DNA from: a virus
Lineage: Duplodnaviria > Caudoviricetes
Virus record (IMG/VR): IMGVR_UViG_3300033075_001053
Coordinates: 11,497-75,496 of that record
DNA: 64,000 nucleotides
Direction: 5' to 3' (one strand)
In this document: positions 10,801 through 19,189 of the stretch, piece by piece
How positions within the stretch are numbered: position 1 is the first letter of the stretch
Layout of the letters: each line of letters starts with the position of its first letter
Program-made: the position numbers and the translations under genes
Notes under the pieces: generated by a model
What the model was told of the DNA's origin: nothing
The model's input: the letters and a program-made list of their open reading frames with translations, nothing else
Databases searched by the model: none

Positions 10801-10865
10801 ATGGCAGATAGCGCGAGCTTTTTTCCAAACTCAGGCTTCTTGCCAAATGGGTGTTGCTTGGCCAT
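4863..10865 (-). CDS. Giant fibre/spike-like virion protein (2000 aa) with about 24 repeats of ~45-55 aa
   Basis: Recurrent N(V/L/I)GxG..(V/W)(Y/W)..T.G...F.(L/F)(R/K)T(I/L).(G/A)G...V......I.(I/V)SGT units; Ser/Thr/Gly-rich. Confidence 0.75.
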   Translation of the reverse strand: MAKQHPFGKKPEFGKKLALSAIPENDTKRGTAKHDDEHRRIEIAFNALSDQLAKKADQEPAKAPEAPTTETVVKRQPDKLPPKFEYLATLHNNVQIVHPTLKLNFVDNDYVTWRVTRDGIKANVEAFAPLTVQENGVSVPARPTAYDTVKLLDFIDTTASGTHGIDWEIANESTDRISIKGLTNNRLYVGYKWINGGTDAPQFNGDPGYIVDDDTSLLYFFGDSYNFEGVWPNVSGTHHDLPTAWVTPIIKKANATWLTTNEYPYVSGTETVFIRHRVTPVLQLYDPDETVHSSPHTTRIFFKESDCIIPHVSVDDPVPNLLYPDGIDPRTYAAKVWFEINRDCFTLDNLGASGVNVGEVYKTYSGGVYWFRRLQVEGDLFLSEDEDYITISFYNPIVSADNVGDAVGLIWRNTTSGVGGDTTLHLRTISGVGSVVVGLDGDIVTISGTGGAIYETDNVGSGIGVYRDTTGSGPFTFNLKGILAGSNILVEDLGDDIRISSTASGGGDGAFYDFVNIGSGEGQVWESTTSGSPNIVNLRTIKQGDYVYVTTSGNEIYISGTQFVGENVGSGLEWYKDNVAETLRFRTVSGVGSVSVQYSPGGDEIIISGTVYTDTNDTYSVSNIGHGFGVWKDTTDAGSAHTFNLRTISGVGSTTVSISDNTLIVSGTDTNDLYYVANVGHGYPVWRDTTDAGSSHTENLHSISGVGSVNVSLSDNTLIVSGTDHTYTVNNVGGAYEVYRDTTGTSPEEFNLRTLSGTGSVHLFYDGDRILISGTEGILVPASGMVYDADNVGSGEGEVYQTLVSGAPNMFYFRTLKQAGSVTITTGTDEVTISGTDHTYDVSNVGSGLNWYKNTTGSDPEVFNFRTVSGIGTVRTYYSATDNEILISGMPALYYDEDNVGGASRVYKNTTGTGDVGDPYVFHLRTISGIGSVVVYEDGDLIMVSGTDNDHLYDMDNVGTGEGHVWRNTTSGLTSTFHLKTILAGSGIIVTDLADEIRIDSDAWNYEAIASGVCASVSTPYNFYWQTVTNSGTHTKSFVFRNFRGAHDLTISECAGGAYILDVDIEADNLGSGLEWYSHKTYSGSVLHFRTIVAGSGIEVLYSDTDEEIIINNLWPQLYYDMENVGGASRVYRDITGSGTISDPFVFNLRTISGVGNVTVYEDGDNIIVSGTEFVPTEYTFRNIGGDTGEVYLNTRTGGVALTFDIVTPGTADADGTYYCTTTGGSGADMTVVVTIAGGLPTAIIADGGAGYVVGEWVTFIGVGADDWQGRIGSINASDHVVQLKTLSVTGDLFVQQDDYHITFHHTVTGSNLGGTPVYDHKTSSNGDVTLFFKGLVGAGTITVISGTNFLTISGTAGEGSTYDMDNVGVGSGHVWRDTTVSGVNNTFHLKTILAGPGIIVDDLADEIMISASGYEAVASGYCVALDTPYNWYWKTEASGTNSLFAFRNFGVSNDLGLLACSGGAYMLNVSVLGANVGGGMGVYQGKIAYDGTNSYLNFRSFTGAGGISIYASEDDNEIIVSGTGLTLYYAASGVGTGEDIYRDTSGDGSVGDPFTFNIKRISGTGGISVSTVSDTILVSGSNYFEVDNVGTGSGIWRDTTGTGTEADPFVAHLKSLIPGSGIAFNVSADDIEIYNNRMWEFNSVGTGGAVYKNTTGAGTLASPYQVNFKSIIAGTGLGMTIHADEIELFASGTEIYYDIDNLGSGTPIYKIMTGSGTYSDPYTFGLRTLSGIGSVRTYVGVNDLLMISGTTLTVTAMGLDQPEVTDLEFVDNQFGIVAIHDTATAHTSKISLVNYNWNTSWDSNFFTISGARSTDKTIATGTWEKLYYHVQNINDDAGWVFADETEATDPPWYVMHDETEDIILSVSVRMFGLGRYPTSNTLAADVWYPQIALFIGDTHYRTLNVNTDLELAATERQALLNNGVISATEVPESGSKFFITGTDIIKLTSGVDKLNIRFRHETGSDRYIKIKEGSVSVTKVGVKGSAGTHPTLPISYDQT
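5615..9830 (-). repeat. Array of about 24 degenerate coding repeats with higher-order duplication
   Basis: Hand count of NVG/NLG-type starts. The block YDMDNVG...HVWR...FHLKTILAG...YEA(I/V)ASG(V/Y)C...TPYN...FRNF...C(A/S)GGAY occurs twice. Confidence 0.75.
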
Positions 10866-10878
10866 CGCATTGGGTTAC

Positions 10879-11280
10879 TTACTTTCCTTGAGGATCTTCG
10901 TTAAGGTATTTGCCGAAGGAGTTTCGGAAGGGATTGCCACTGGTCCCTCCTCCCTGAACGTTGGCTTTTGTTGATACTTGGGCGCCTTGCGGCATAGTGC
11001 TTGGCAGATAGCCGCCAACTCTTTCCTGATTCCCTTTGTACACGTTACTGACCTCATTGATGTTCTTGTGTCTCCAATCGGTATTGAGTGGATCAAAAGT
11101 TCGAGGATTGAGGCCAAGGTTGAGCATTTGATTCTGATAGAAGTTCTGCTGCGCTGCCAACAGCATATTGTTGGTGTTGCGAGAGCTTTGGATTAAAGCC
11201 TCCATCAGTCCGTTATGCGCGTTGCGAGCGTCTTGTCCGGCTTCACTAAAGCCAAGGAGTACAGGGTTTGAGTATTCCAT
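10879..11280 (-). CDS. Hypothetical Asn/Gln-rich protein, possibly internal virion/ejection protein
   Basis: 133 aa, low complexity; 1-bp overlap with the upstream gene. Confidence 0.45.
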   Translation of the reverse strand: MEYSNPVLLGFSEAGQDARNAHNGLMEALIQSSRNTNNMLLAAQQNFYQNQMLNLGLNPRTFDPLNTDWRHKNINEVSNVYKGNQERVGGYLPSTMPQGAQVSTKANVQGGGTSGNPFRNSFGKYLNEDPQGK

Positions 11281-12131
11281 TATCCTTCCTTACGTGTACC
11301 GTATAACATTTTTGCTATGTCGAATTGTTGATTCATCAGACCTTGAGCCTGACCAAATGCCTGATTGTTCCATGGACTCGCTTGCATCTGACGGCCTTCG
11401 TATCCGAGGCCAGCGGCGAATCCTGCCAGTGGGTTGGTGGCCGACTTACCTTGTGACCCGGCAACCATCGTCCCTGGGATCGAGTTCACCATTGCGTTGC
11501 CAAGCCCTGAACTTTGGGCTTCGAATGGCTTGACAAAGAGATTGTACTGAGTGGCCAGATCTTGATTGCGACCCTGCTCGGCTTGGGACATAATTCCGGC
11601 AGCTTGACCAGCGGCTTGTCCGGCAAAAGCATTTTGTTGTACCGCTTGTTGTCCGATGTTCGAAGAGTTCAGCGCCCCCATCTTATTGGCTACAGCCATC
11701 ATTACTGCCGGGCTCGCTCCTTGCTTCTTGAGCTCATCAAGCATGGCCGAAGTCTGTGTGTTTGTGGATCTCTCGGCTGTCCGGGCTGCCGAATCCATGT
11801 TCCCTTGTGCTGCCCCCATGACGTTCTGAGCGATCATATTCTGATTGTTGTACGCCAGACGTCCTTCAGCCGAAGGGCCGAAGTTATTGTACTTCTGCAT
11901 GTAGGTCTTGTTGACGGCGGCGCCCTTAAACCCAGCAGCGTTAAACATGTTGGCGTTCGCAAATTTGTCGGCGTCCTGCAAGAACCCCGATCCGGCCTCG
12001 CGGGTTTGACTGGACGTGGCGTCAGTCAGAAGCTTAAGGCCCATCGACCCAACGATCCCACCGATCCCGCCAAAAGCCATACCACCTAATCCGGAGAGTA
12101 TTCCTTCGAGACTGAATGGTCCATCTGCCAT
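11280..12131 (-). CDS. Gly/Ala/Gln-rich putative DNA ejection (pilot-like) protein
   Basis: N-terminal GLGGMAFGGIGGIVGSMG hydrophobic stretch followed by Q/A/N-rich helices, as seen in podovirus ejection proteins. Confidence 0.5.
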   Translation of the reverse strand: MADGPFSLEGILSGLGGMAFGGIGGIVGSMGLKLLTDATSSQTREAGSGFLQDADKFANANMFNAAGFKGAAVNKTYMQKYNNFGPSAEGRLAYNNQNMIAQNVMGAAQGNMDSAARTAERSTNTQTSAMLDELKKQGASPAVMMAVANKMGALNSSNIGQQAVQQNAFAGQAAGQAAGIMSQAEQGRNQDLATQYNLFVKPFEAQSSGLGNAMVNSIPGTMVAGSQGKSATNPLAGFAAGLGYEGRQMQASPWNNQAFGQAQGLMNQQFDIAKMLYGTRKEG

Positions 12132-12217
12132 AGTGGTAATAAGTTGTCGTTGTAACTCAATTGGTTCGTGCTAATTTAGCAAAGTTGCAATGAACTTCTA
12201 TAAGTCGTTGAAAAACA

Positions 12218-12421
12218 ATGTCCCATAAAGATAAGATTGCGCCGGAAGTCGTTACAGAACTCACAAAATTGATGGCTGAGAAGTGTGACGGATTCCAATG
12301 GGCGTTCGTTGTTCTCGATAAAGAGTCACCATTGATAAGCTGTAGGGCGACTATCTCAGGTTTATTCACAATGTCGGGAATTCTTCATGAAGAAGGACTC
12401 TATTACGCCAAGAAAAACTAA
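12218..12421 (+). CDS. Hypothetical protein (67 aa)
   Basis: First + strand ORF after the divergent gap at 12132-12217. Confidence 0.5.
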   Translation: MSHKDKIAPEVVTELTKLMAEKCDGFQWAFVVLDKESPLISCRATISGLFTMSGILHEEGLYYAKKN

Positions 12422-12428
12422 TAGTCCG

Positions 12429-12779
12429 ATGACGCGGACCGAGCAGAACATTGTTATCTCTGCCCCTCTCGGATTGCCAGAAAATGACGAGGTTGGTCGT
12501 ATTAAGAGAAGCGTACAAACGCTTGATACTTATGCGGTTATTGCTCTCGATTCGTTGACGGAGATTACGCAAAACCGAGAAGTGGACGAAGAAGGGAAGC
12601 CCCTTGTGCGGCCAGAGGTTCGTGTCAATGCAGCCAAAGGAATTCTCACCGCCGGCTCGGAGTACGTCGCTCGCAGGTTCAAGATGTTAGACGTAGTTCA
12701 AAGGGAAGAAACGAAAGAGGTTATGACCTTCGATGAATCGAATCGTATCGCCGTTTATGATCAGGAGGCCGACGAGTGA
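12429..12779 (+). CDS. Putative terminase small subunit
   Basis: Immediately upstream of the large terminase (GTGA overlap); helical VRVNAAKGIL motif. Confidence 0.55.
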   Translation: MTRTEQNIVISAPLGLPENDEVGRIKRSVQTLDTYAVIALDSLTEITQNREVDEEGKPLVRPEVRVNAAKGILTAGSEYVARRFKMLDVVQREETKEVMTFDESNRIAVYDQEADE

Positions 12780-14236
12780 AATTCGAAGATTACTTCACGT
12801 TCCAGCCAAAGCAATACGAGTGCTTTCAATGGATTAACAGAAAGAGCTACATCTACTACGGTGGTGCCCGTGGTGGAGGTAAGACCTACGCTGCCATTGG
12901 GATTGCCATGGCTGTTGCTTTGCAGTTCCCTGGAATTCAGATTGTAATTCTTCGTAAGTCGTTGGAAGAGCTCAAGCAGTACATCATCAAGAAGTTCAAA
13001 GCTACCTTCCCACAAGGTCCGCTCTACCGATACAAGGCCTCTGAGAAGACCGTGTATGTATACAATGGATCGCAGATTGCCTTTCGTCCGATGAGAGATA
13101 TTAATGATGCAGAGAAAGAGCAGGGGGTGGGGCGTCACATGTACATCATTGATGAGGCAAATCTTATCAACGAAGACATCCTGATCATGCTTCGTGGATC
13201 GCTTCGAAACGGTGAAATCAAAGGGTGGAAGACTTGTACTCTATACACCGGGAACCCTGGCGGGGTCTCTGATTTGTGGTTTAAGGATCGATTCATTTAT
13301 CCTCGTCACGAGAAATGGCTTCCGGAGGAGTTGGATGAAGCAGATGAATACGTCTTTATCCAAGCCTACTTGAAGCACAATCAGATTCTTCTTGATAATG
13401 ATAAAAACTACATCAAGAAACTGATGAGCCAGCCCGAGCACCGACGCAAAGCGTGGCTCGATGGTGACTGGAATACATTTGCCGGACAGTTTTTTGAGTC
13501 GTGGAACGAAGAGCGGCACGTCGTCCCAGACTTTGATCCTCCGCCTGAATGGGCGCGCTGGCGATCTGTCGACTTGGGAAAAGGGACGCACCCGTCGGTC
13601 TGTCTATGGTTCGCACAGGATCCGCAGACGGGGATTGTGTATTGCTACCGAGAGGAATCAAACTTTGAAACACCAGCGGAATTTGCTCACGCAATTAATC
13701 GCAGGTCATTTGAAGGAGAGAGCTTTATTGCTACGTTCGCCGATCCTAATATCTGGGCGGAGAATAATGTTGTTTATGATAACGAACAATACTTCCGGCA
13801 GAACAATATCTTTCTGACTAAAAGCAGCAACAAAAGAAGCGTTGGGTGGGCTTCGTTAAAGCAGTGGCTTAATTGGAAAAAAGATGTGGCCACGAATAAA
13901 ATTGTCGAGCCATATCTAAAGGTATGTAAAGGTTGTACTGGAGTAATTGAGACAATGCCAATTCTTCAGTACGCAGGACAGAACAAAGAAGATTGCAACA
14001 CGAATCAGCTTGACGATTACGCCGATACACTCAGATACTTTGTCATGGGCATTCAGTATGGGTGGGTGTACAATGGTAGAGGAATGACAATAGCAGAATT
14101 TAACGAAGCCGAGCGCCGCGCAAAGCTGGAGCAGCAGGATCTTGTTGTGCTTTCTACCGAGAGAGTCGAAGACTACTACGAAGAAGAAGTCATGAGCGAT
14201 TTTAATTATGCCGATTTTGGATTAGATAATTATTGA
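12776..14236 (+). CDS. terL: Terminase large subunit
   Basis: Walker A YGGARGGGKT, Walker B YIIDEA, coupling motif TGNPGG, RNase H-like nuclease acidic residues (SVDLG, DDYADTLRY). Confidence 0.95.
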   Translation: MKFEDYFTFQPKQYECFQWINRKSYIYYGGARGGGKTYAAIGIAMAVALQFPGIQIVILRKSLEELKQYIIKKFKATFPQGPLYRYKASEKTVYVYNGSQIAFRPMRDINDAEKEQGVGRHMYIIDEANLINEDILIMLRGSLRNGEIKGWKTCTLYTGNPGGVSDLWFKDRFIYPRHEKWLPEELDEADEYVFIQAYLKHNQILLDNDKNYIKKLMSQPEHRRKAWLDGDWNTFAGQFFESWNEERHVVPDFDPPPEWARWRSVDLGKGTHPSVCLWFAQDPQTGIVYCYREESNFETPAEFAHAINRRSFEGESFIATFADPNIWAENNVVYDNEQYFRQNNIFLTKSSNKRSVGWASLKQWLNWKKDVATNKIVEPYLKVCKGCTGVIETMPILQYAGQNKEDCNTNQLDDYADTLRYFVMGIQYGWVYNGRGMTIAEFNEAERRAKLEQQDLVVLSTERVEDYYEEEVMSDFNYADFGLDNY

Positions 14237-14243
14237 GGTTGTT

Positions 14244-16202
14244 ATGAACAACATTGAGTTTGATATATCAACGCCTAAGTATGCAACTGAGTCAAAGCGG
14301 CTGGATGCCAGAGTTTCCAGTCGTGTCTTGCGTGACCTCGATACGGTCTACCCGCACTTCGAACAACTGTGGCGACGTGCCAGACGCAACGTTCGCTATG
14401 TGGCCAATGACCAGTGGGATGAGGTAGAAAAGGCTGCACTGCGACGTCAGCGACGGTACCCGTTTGTGTGGAATAAAATCAAACCCATTGTTGACTCTCT
14501 TTGTGGGACTCAGGTGCAGACCCGAATGGATGTCCACGTACTACCGGTTGAAATGGGAGATGAAAAGGACGCTGCGCTTCTCAACCGATTGGTTAAGTGG
14601 GCAGAGCAGATTAATAATTTGCCCGACATTGAAGCTCAGGTATTTGAAAATGGAGTTATTCAAGGGCTTGGTGTTACTCAGGTTCGTTGGGTGTTTGAGG
14701 ACTTTGAATCCGGATATCCAAAGATTGAGCGCCTTCCAATGAATCAGTTTGTGTGGGACCTTAACGCCACGCAAATGAGTCTGGAGGACGCCCGTTGGCA
14801 AGCGAGAATAATTCCAATGATGCGTCTTGATGCGATTGAGTTGTTGCCTCAGTATAAGAATATCATTAACGAATCTCCACTGGTGGGAGAGCGATATGGT
14901 ATTTGGGAGAATCTGACGAAAGCTCAGAGAGATATGAATACTACTCAGCACCGAGACTTTGATCGTAATCTGATCTTTCTGACAGAGCATTACGAGAAGA
15001 AGAGAGTGGTGAAGTATTTGGTCGTCGACACACTCAATGACAGCCAGGATGTGTTTGAAGCAAAGCTTGATGCCGAAGCGTTCTTAGAAGGATTGTTGGC
15101 CGTTCATACAAACAACGGCGATCCGCTGACCGACACCGAAGGCAATGAGACGGTTTTCATGCAGCCACTACAACAGGATGTTTTTGTTCAAACGATTCTT
15201 GTCGGCAACGACGCCGTTCAGCAGGTCACGACAGATCTTCCGTGCTTTCCGTACCAACCCTTCTTCTCTAACTTTATCGATGGGGAGTGCTGGGCGTATG
15301 TCGATGGAATGATTTCTCCGCAGAAGTTCTTAAACAGAATGATCTCAGAGCAAGACAACCTTATCGCTCGTGGCAACAAGCAACTTATGACGGTGATTGA
15401 AGGTCTGTTGCCAAAGGGATGGGACGCTGCCCGTGTGCAAAGAGAGCGCGGAGTTCCCGGAAAGGTCATCCCTATTCAGCGCGATGGAGCTATCAATGCA
15501 ATTGATCACAAGCCAATCCCCTTTGAGTACGGGCAACTGGCCGCCTCTACCGCGCAGCACATCTTGGAGATGGGTGGCGGGGCCAACATCATGGGACTTC
15601 AGGAGAACGCCGCCGAATCCGGAAAGACCGTCAAGGCTCGGCAGGCTGCCGCCGGTCTATCGCGGGTAAAACTTTTTGCCAACCTTCGTTCATGGAGAAA
15701 GCAAGTAACCGAGATGATGCTTTGGCAGATGAAGGAGTACTTGAACGACCGTCAGATTATCCGAGTAGTCGGGACGGATCAGGACGTGAACTACTACAAA
15801 CTCAAGAAAGACGATCTGGACAGAATTAAGGATATGCGAACCGATATTTCCATTGAGCCAACGGTGGAGTCGGATATCGCCCGTGAGGAGACGTACAATC
15901 AAATCCTCCAATTCCTGCAGACCGGCGCTGGCGCGGCTCTGGATCCAATGACGCAAACGATGTTACTCCTGGAGTCTAACCCGTCGATGCCGCGAGAGAT
16001 CAAGAACAAAATCATTAGCATGAGTCAGCAATTCCAAGCATTCCAGCAATGGCAATCCGAGCAGTCTAAGATTCAGAAGAACGTTCAATCCGTCGAGCAG
16101 ACGCTTGAGAAGAGTGGTATTAAAGGTATGATGGAAGGCGCCATTGCTCAGTATGTAGGGACAATGAATACGGTGGCCGAGCCACAAGAAGAACCTGTGT
16201 AA
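14244..16202 (+). CDS. Portal protein (P22-like/podovirus type)
   Basis: 652 aa directly after terL; DQW..., NKIKPIVDSLCG, SGK...RQ motifs and a Q-rich C-terminal barrel helix. Confidence 0.88.
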   Translation: MNNIEFDISTPKYATESKRLDARVSSRVLRDLDTVYPHFEQLWRRARRNVRYVANDQWDEVEKAALRRQRRYPFVWNKIKPIVDSLCGTQVQTRMDVHVLPVEMGDEKDAALLNRLVKWAEQINNLPDIEAQVFENGVIQGLGVTQVRWVFEDFESGYPKIERLPMNQFVWDLNATQMSLEDARWQARIIPMMRLDAIELLPQYKNIINESPLVGERYGIWENLTKAQRDMNTTQHRDFDRNLIFLTEHYEKKRVVKYLVVDTLNDSQDVFEAKLDAEAFLEGLLAVHTNNGDPLTDTEGNETVFMQPLQQDVFVQTILVGNDAVQQVTTDLPCFPYQPFFSNFIDGECWAYVDGMISPQKFLNRMISEQDNLIARGNKQLMTVIEGLLPKGWDAARVQRERGVPGKVIPIQRDGAINAIDHKPIPFEYGQLAASTAQHILEMGGGANIMGLQENAAESGKTVKARQAAAGLSRVKLFANLRSWRKQVTEMMLWQMKEYLNDRQIIRVVGTDQDVNYYKLKKDDLDRIKDMRTDISIEPTVESDIAREETYNQILQFLQTGAGAALDPMTQTMLLLESNPSMPREIKNKIISMSQQFQAFQQWQSEQSKIQKNVQSVEQTLEKSGIKGMMEGAIAQYVGTMNTVAEPQEEPV

Positions 16203-16269
16203 AATTTTTTGTTATACATCCTTAGTGTTTTCAATAATTTGCATCTAACACTTAACAAGGGAACCATTT

Positions 16270-17181
16270 ATGAGTGACACAACACTTCCGCCGGTCGAGG
16301 ATCTTGTAGCAGATCCCGGGTTGCCGGTAGAAATACCAACGGATACTGTTGACGATCAACAAGATCCGCCGATTGAGCCAGTAGCCGATCCGGTTGAAGA
16401 TGCTTTTATCGTCGATTACCAAGGCCGTGAGGTCGAAGTATCAGTAAACGATCTGCCTGAGCTCATCGCCTTGCGCGAGAACCGGGCGGCAGAATTGGCT
16501 TCTCTGGAAGCCGAACGTAATGAAGTGCTGAAATACAAAGACTTGCTGAATTTCATTAACAACGACGACTTTGCCCAACGGGTACTCAGTTATCGAATGG
16601 ACCAAGGCAACGACCCAAGAAAGATTGCGGAGTTTTTGTATAACCACTACACCAAAGAACCTGAAATGGACCCGAACGAACTTCCAGAAGTCCGCGAAGT
16701 AAAGACGCAACTTTCTCAGCTCGAGAAGAAACTGCAGGCGCAAGAACAGGCCTCAGCGATTCAGGCGATGACCAACGAAAACTCACGAGTGATCAACGAA
16801 GCTTGGAATGGCCTCGGTCTGGCAGCGAAAGAAGGCGACTATCCGAAGGTTGTGGAGGCCATCAACGCCGTTGGTTCAAGACTCTACAATGTTCCGAACT
16901 TCAACATTGCTTCTGTCAGACTAAACAAGGATATGGTCGAGGCGATTCTGGAGCGAGCACAAAAGGCTTACCCGGGTCTGATTCAGACCGCCAATCCGAG
17001 TCAAGTCAAGAACAACGCGGTTCCTGGCGTTCGCCGGGTTCTCAAGCAAAAGTCACCGGTTCAACAACTCCCCGGCTCTGCTGGTGGAGGAGCCAACAGG
17101 GTCGCACCTGCTGATAATACGCCCGTAGAAGCGTATTCACCGCGGGCAGCCCGAGAGAAGTACGCAAAAATCTTTGGATGA
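16270..17181 (+). CDS. Capsid scaffolding protein
   Basis: Between portal and MCP; acidic Pro-rich N-terminus, coiled coils, basic C-terminal helix. Confidence 0.7.
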   Translation: MSDTTLPPVEDLVADPGLPVEIPTDTVDDQQDPPIEPVADPVEDAFIVDYQGREVEVSVNDLPELIALRENRAAELASLEAERNEVLKYKDLLNFINNDDFAQRVLSYRMDQGNDPRKIAEFLYNHYTKEPEMDPNELPEVREVKTQLSQLEKKLQAQEQASAIQAMTNENSRVINEAWNGLGLAAKEGDYPKVVEAINAVGSRLYNVPNFNIASVRLNKDMVEAILERAQKAYPGLIQTANPSQVKNNAVPGVRRVLKQKSPVQQLPGSAGGGANRVAPADNTPVEAYSPRAAREKYAKIFG

Positions 17182-17245
17182 TCTACTTGTAGCGGGTTAG
17201 AGAAAGAATCCAAACTCCATGTAATAAACTTTTGAGGATATTCCT

Positions 17246-18547
17246 ATGCCAAGTACAGGATCAACCACCAGATTAGGGACGCGGACAACGCAGAACCATA
17301 ATCCGCAAGATCTACTTCCGGATGTCGACGAAATGCTTCGTCGCGTAGATCCTACTTTGCTGCAGTTTACGACTCTGCTCGACAAAATGCCGAAAGGCAA
17401 AAAGCCCCGCACGAATCGTATCGACTGTCGCGAGTACCGTCCCTTCGACTACCTCGACCAGATTACTGGTATGACGGTAGGCATTAGTGGTAACAATGAA
17501 ACCCGCTATGCGAACATTACCGTCGCGCAGCGCTCGCTCATCGCGACCACTCCAACCGACATGATTTACCAACCGGGCGACCGTCTCGTTATTGTCGAGA
17601 CCGGCCAGGTTGTTGAAGTCATGGCGACTCCGACTGAGAACATCAGCGGCCTTCCTTCCTTCTCTGCCGCCCTTGTTGGCAACGGCACCCAGCTCCCGAA
17701 CCCGGGGCACATCATTGTTCGCAACATCCAGCCTGTTGCAATTATCGATCTTTCCAGCGCTCTTCCATGCTTCTTGAAGTTCATGGGTCACGGCTTCTAT
17801 GAAGGTCAGCCGATGGAGTCAAAGTCATGGATGCGCGATCCTGTGTACAATTACAACTGGCTCGGCAACACCGAAAAGGTTATTGAGTACACGGAGGAAG
17901 AGACAGATCTGATCATGACCCGCGGGTCAATCAGAGACATTGACTTCCAGAAGGAAGAATCCTATCAGGAAATCAAGACCGACGTTGAACTCATGCACAT
18001 GGACGGCAAGGGTGCTTTTGATGCGGTTGTTCGCAACAAGCCCAAGCTGCACATGCGCGGACTTCTGGACTTTGTAAACACGAACCAAATGGTTTACAAT
18101 CCTCTGGCAGCCAACCTCAACTTCGAGCAATTGATTCGTACGTGGATGACCAACCAACTTTTCCGCTACTGTCCCGATGGTATGCGTAAGCTGGTTCTGG
18201 TCGGCGAACGTCTTTCTGATGCGTTTATGCAAGTGTTTGATGTCTATCGCCGCAAGGATATTTCCGGTGGACAGCAAGCGAATCTTGCGGGTGTGAGCTT
18301 TACGTCGTATGAATTTAACGGTCGCGTGATCGACCTTCTGACATATCGTCACTTCCGGATTGAAACCCCTCAGGCATGGTGGGCACTTGGCGTCAATCTG
18401 CCACAGATTGAAGCTCGTCCGCACACCGAGTATCGCTTCCGCGATGCGACGCTTGCTGATCAACGTATCATCAAGCACGTCATCGAGTGGAAGGGTTCAA
18501 TGGCTGTTCACCTGGAAGAAACACACGCATTACTTCGTACTGCATAA
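17246..18547 (+). CDS. Major capsid protein (HK97 fold, SU10/DUF5309-like)
   Basis: 433 aa after the scaffold; N-terminal QDLLPDVDEML...PT and mid-region MRGLLDFV patterns typical of this MCP group. Confidence 0.8.
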   Translation: MPSTGSTTRLGTRTTQNHNPQDLLPDVDEMLRRVDPTLLQFTTLLDKMPKGKKPRTNRIDCREYRPFDYLDQITGMTVGISGNNETRYANITVAQRSLIATTPTDMIYQPGDRLVIVETGQVVEVMATPTENISGLPSFSAALVGNGTQLPNPGHIIVRNIQPVAIIDLSSALPCFLKFMGHGFYEGQPMESKSWMRDPVYNYNWLGNTEKVIEYTEEETDLIMTRGSIRDIDFQKEESYQEIKTDVELMHMDGKGAFDAVVRNKPKLHMRGLLDFVNTNQMVYNPLAANLNFEQLIRTWMTNQLFRYCPDGMRKLVLVGERLSDAFMQVFDVYRRKDISGGQQANLAGVSFTSYEFNGRVIDLLTYRHFRIETPQAWWALGVNLPQIEARPHTEYRFRDATLADQRIIKHVIEWKGSMAVHLEETHALLRTA

Positions 18548-18561
18548 CAAGGAGAACATTC

Positions 18562-19113
18562 ATGAGATACATTAGTAAAAATCAAGACTTCACACTCTTG
18601 TTCGACACCGGGGATGTTACGCCTCCGGTTAACGATCCGCAACCAAAGGCGGCATATAAGTTCTTCCGAGGAGAGCTTATTGTCGGCGACCCAACCACAG
18701 ACGGCGGTAACGACGAGATCGATTTTGACGCGCTCATGACGATCATCCCGACCGCTTCTGGTAACGACAGTAAGGGTCTGAACTCTTACTTCTGGGAAGC
18801 CCCGTACTTGGATGAGAACGGAACTCTCGAAGTTGGCAAGTACTACAAGGTTATTCTTGCTCCAGTTACCTACGACAGCAATGAGCTGGAGGAGCACGAT
18901 GTATTCCTTTGCGTATCCGGCACGACCAGCTTTACCGGTAGCGGTACGGTTGCTCTCGAGCTCGATCCGGTGTACTGGCCAACCATAGAGTTGAACCAAC
19001 GTGCCAATGCTTACCGTCTGGCCAATCTTTCGTCGGCTCAAGACGAGGCATCATGGAACGACAAGACCTGGCAACAGGACCTCCCGTCGGATCCATACGG
19101 CTGGACTCGATAA
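18562..19113 (+). CDS. Capsid-adjacent hypothetical protein (183 aa)
   Basis: GGAG ribosome-binding site then ATG at 18562 (track start 18487 overlaps the MCP). Confidence 0.6.
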   Translation: MRYISKNQDFTLLFDTGDVTPPVNDPQPKAAYKFFRGELIVGDPTTDGGNDEIDFDALMTIIPTASGNDSKGLNSYFWEAPYLDENGTLEVGKYYKVILAPVTYDSNELEEHDVFLCVSGTTSFTGSGTVALELDPVYWPTIELNQRANAYRLANLSSAQDEASWNDKTWQQDLPSDPYGWTR

Positions 19114-19121
19114 CATATACC

Positions 19122-19172
19122 AACGGGCCGGGTTCGCTTTTCCCAGATCCCCGGCCCTGAGGTTTTATTCAT
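19122..19172 (+). promoter_or_regulatory. GC-rich hairpin plus TTTATTCAT, copy 2
   Basis: GGGCCGGG (19125-19132) pairs with CCCGGCCC (19150-19157), then TTTATTCAT (19164-19172). Confidence 0.5.
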
Positions 19173-19189
19173 AACCATAGGAACCAGTT

